Part shown: positions 23,125 through 24,000 of the stretch, piece after piece
How positions within the stretch are numbered: the stretch's first letter is position 1
Layout of the letters: each line of letters opens with the position of its first letter
Origin: Terriglobia bacterium
Lineage (GTDB): Bacteria > Acidobacteriota > Terriglobia > UBA7540
Direction: 5' to 3'
Length of the DNA stretch: 24,000 nucleotides
Assembly (NCBI GenBank): GCA_035949375.1
Contig: DASZIG010000122.1
Coordinates: forward strand, 26,491 to 50,490
Notes under the pieces: model-generated
The model's database searches: none
Told to the model about the DNA's origin: nothing
The model's input: only the letters and a program-made list of their open reading frames with translations
Made by a program: the position numbers and the translations under genes

Positions 23125-23788
23125 GCCGCCGGCACCCGACTGAATCGTCATAGCAGCCGAACCGGTCAATCAGTACCGCGCGAATGCCCACCTGCCCTGC
23201 CCCGCCCACGTCGATGGCGTAGGTATCGCCGATGAAAAGCGCGTCCCCGGCCGGGACGCCAGCCTGGTCCAGGGCCATGTTGAAGATCGCCGGGTTCGGT
23301 TTTTCCACCCCCACCACGGCCGAGTCGAGAATGAAGCGAAAATAGCGTCCGAGACCGGCGCGGCCCAGTTGGTCGGCAATCGTGCCGACCGAGTTGGAGA
23401 TCACGCCCAGCGTATAGCCGGACGCTTTGAGCGACTGCAGAACGGGCTCGGTGTCGGGGAACACGCGCGACCAGAAGCGAATGTCGCGGAAGCGCTCCGC
23501 CAATTGCTCGGTCAAGGCTGCGTGCCGGTCCGCAGGCACTTCAAGCCGCTCCAGCAGCGCGCGCAGATACTCCACCCAATACATCCGATCCGCTTGCGCC
23601 GGCAACTCGGTGGTTCCGAGCCTGGGCCAGAGCCATGCGTCGAGCTTCCTCTTGGCCTCGCGCTCGGCCAGATAAAAGTCCTCCACGGTGGCGGGAAACT
23701 CGGCGGCGGTCAGTTCCTGCGCGAGTTCGTCCACCCGCGGGTAGAGCAGGGTGTTGCCGGCGTCAAAGAAGATGGCGCGAAGAGGCAT
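23081..23788 (-). CDS. HAD-superfamily hydrolase (subfamily IA, REG-2-like motif I)
   Basis: Motif I is AIFFDAGNTLL. Motif II is LGVISNS. Motifs III/IV are K...FIGDTYAIDVGGA. The 3' end overlaps the convergent CRTAC1-family gene by 44 nt. Confidence 0.85.
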   Translation of the reverse strand: MPLRAIFFDAGNTLLYPRVDELAQELTAAEFPATVEDFYLAEREAKRKLDAWLWPRLGTTELPAQADRMYWVEYLRALLERLEVPADRHAALTEQLAERFRDIRFWSRVFPDTEPVLQSLKASGYTLGVISNSVGTIADQLGRAGLGRYFRFILDSAVVGVEKPNPAIFNMALDQAGVPAGDALFIGDTYAIDVGGAGQVGIRAVLIDRFGCYDDSVGCRRLTTLGQLTEFVRAS

Positions 23789-23818
23789 ATCGTCAGCGAT
23801 TCTCCCTGGGTTTCGGAT

Positions 23819-24000
23819 TCACGTCCGCGCCGGAATGGCAATTCCACCGGCGCTCTCGAGTTCGGCGAGCAGCGCGGCTCGCTCGTGTTCGGGCAGGAAC
23901 GCAGCCCGGATGGCGTTTCCGGCGATGCCGGTTATCTCGTCGTGCGAAAGCTCAAAGCGCTCGGCGGCCAGAAGCATCTCTCGTTCGATACTGGTCGAAA
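23819..24000 (-). CDS. add: Adenosine deaminase, C-terminal fragment; the 5' part lies outside the window
   Basis: The minus-strand frame ending at TGA (23821-23819) gives STSIEREMLLAAERFELSHDEITGIAGNAIRAAFLPEHERAALLAELESAGGIAIPART. This matches the C-terminal pattern of adenosine deaminases (...EY..A...GLS.EE......N.....FL...EK..L...). Confidence 0.6.
   Translation of the reverse strand, partial: STSIEREMLLAAERFELSHDEITGIAGNAIRAAFLPEHERAALLAELESAGGIAIPART

Overview
High-GC chromosomal segment. Hand counts of single 60-nt lines give about 67% GC in housekeeping genes. The gene content looks acidobacterial: a PadR plus ADOP-type permease pair, a CRTAC1/ASPIC-UnbV FG-GAP protein, DUF1080 and DUF885. 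I support 18 protein-coding genes, two of them truncated at the window edges. These include a three-gene signalling operon (a 1390-aa MASE1/PAS/GAF histidine kinase, a single-domain response regulator, and a receiver fused to a TadZ/CpaE-like ATPase). Also present are a DUF885/molybdopterin-oxidoreductase pair, a cytochrome P450, a DCC-thiol-oxidoreductase/lipase-maturation-factor fusion, a HAD hydrolase and the 3' end of an adenosine deaminase gene. Most long ORFs on the opposite strand of these genes are high-GC shadow ORFs. The part worth a second look is the lower-GC stretch at about 11.3-15.2 kb, where sampled lines give about 45-58% GC. It contains a Ro60/TROVE-vWA (Rsr-like) gene preceded on the same strand by about 1.6 kb that is almost free of ORFs. 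That stretch contains (i) a complete tRNA cloverleaf mimic that is circularly permuted: the acceptor stem is closed by a loop, the anticodon loop is replaced by a GCAA tetraloop, and the RNA ends exit through the D-loop. It also contains (ii) a hairpin in the rsr leader that resembles the Ro-binding helix of Y RNAs and (iii) a second, more degenerate tRNA-like element. There is also (iv) a 109-aa four-Cys ORF with a strong Shine-Dalgarno sequence lying between the two RNA elements, and (v) an upstream gene for a 2TM protein with a DUF5919-like C-terminal domain. I read this as a variant bacterial Ro/Y-RNA ribonucleoprotein locus with uncharacterised partner genes. All RNA calls come from hand folding and need covariance-model and transcript validation. 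No transposase, integrase, CRISPR array, rRNA gene or bona fide tRNA gene was found.
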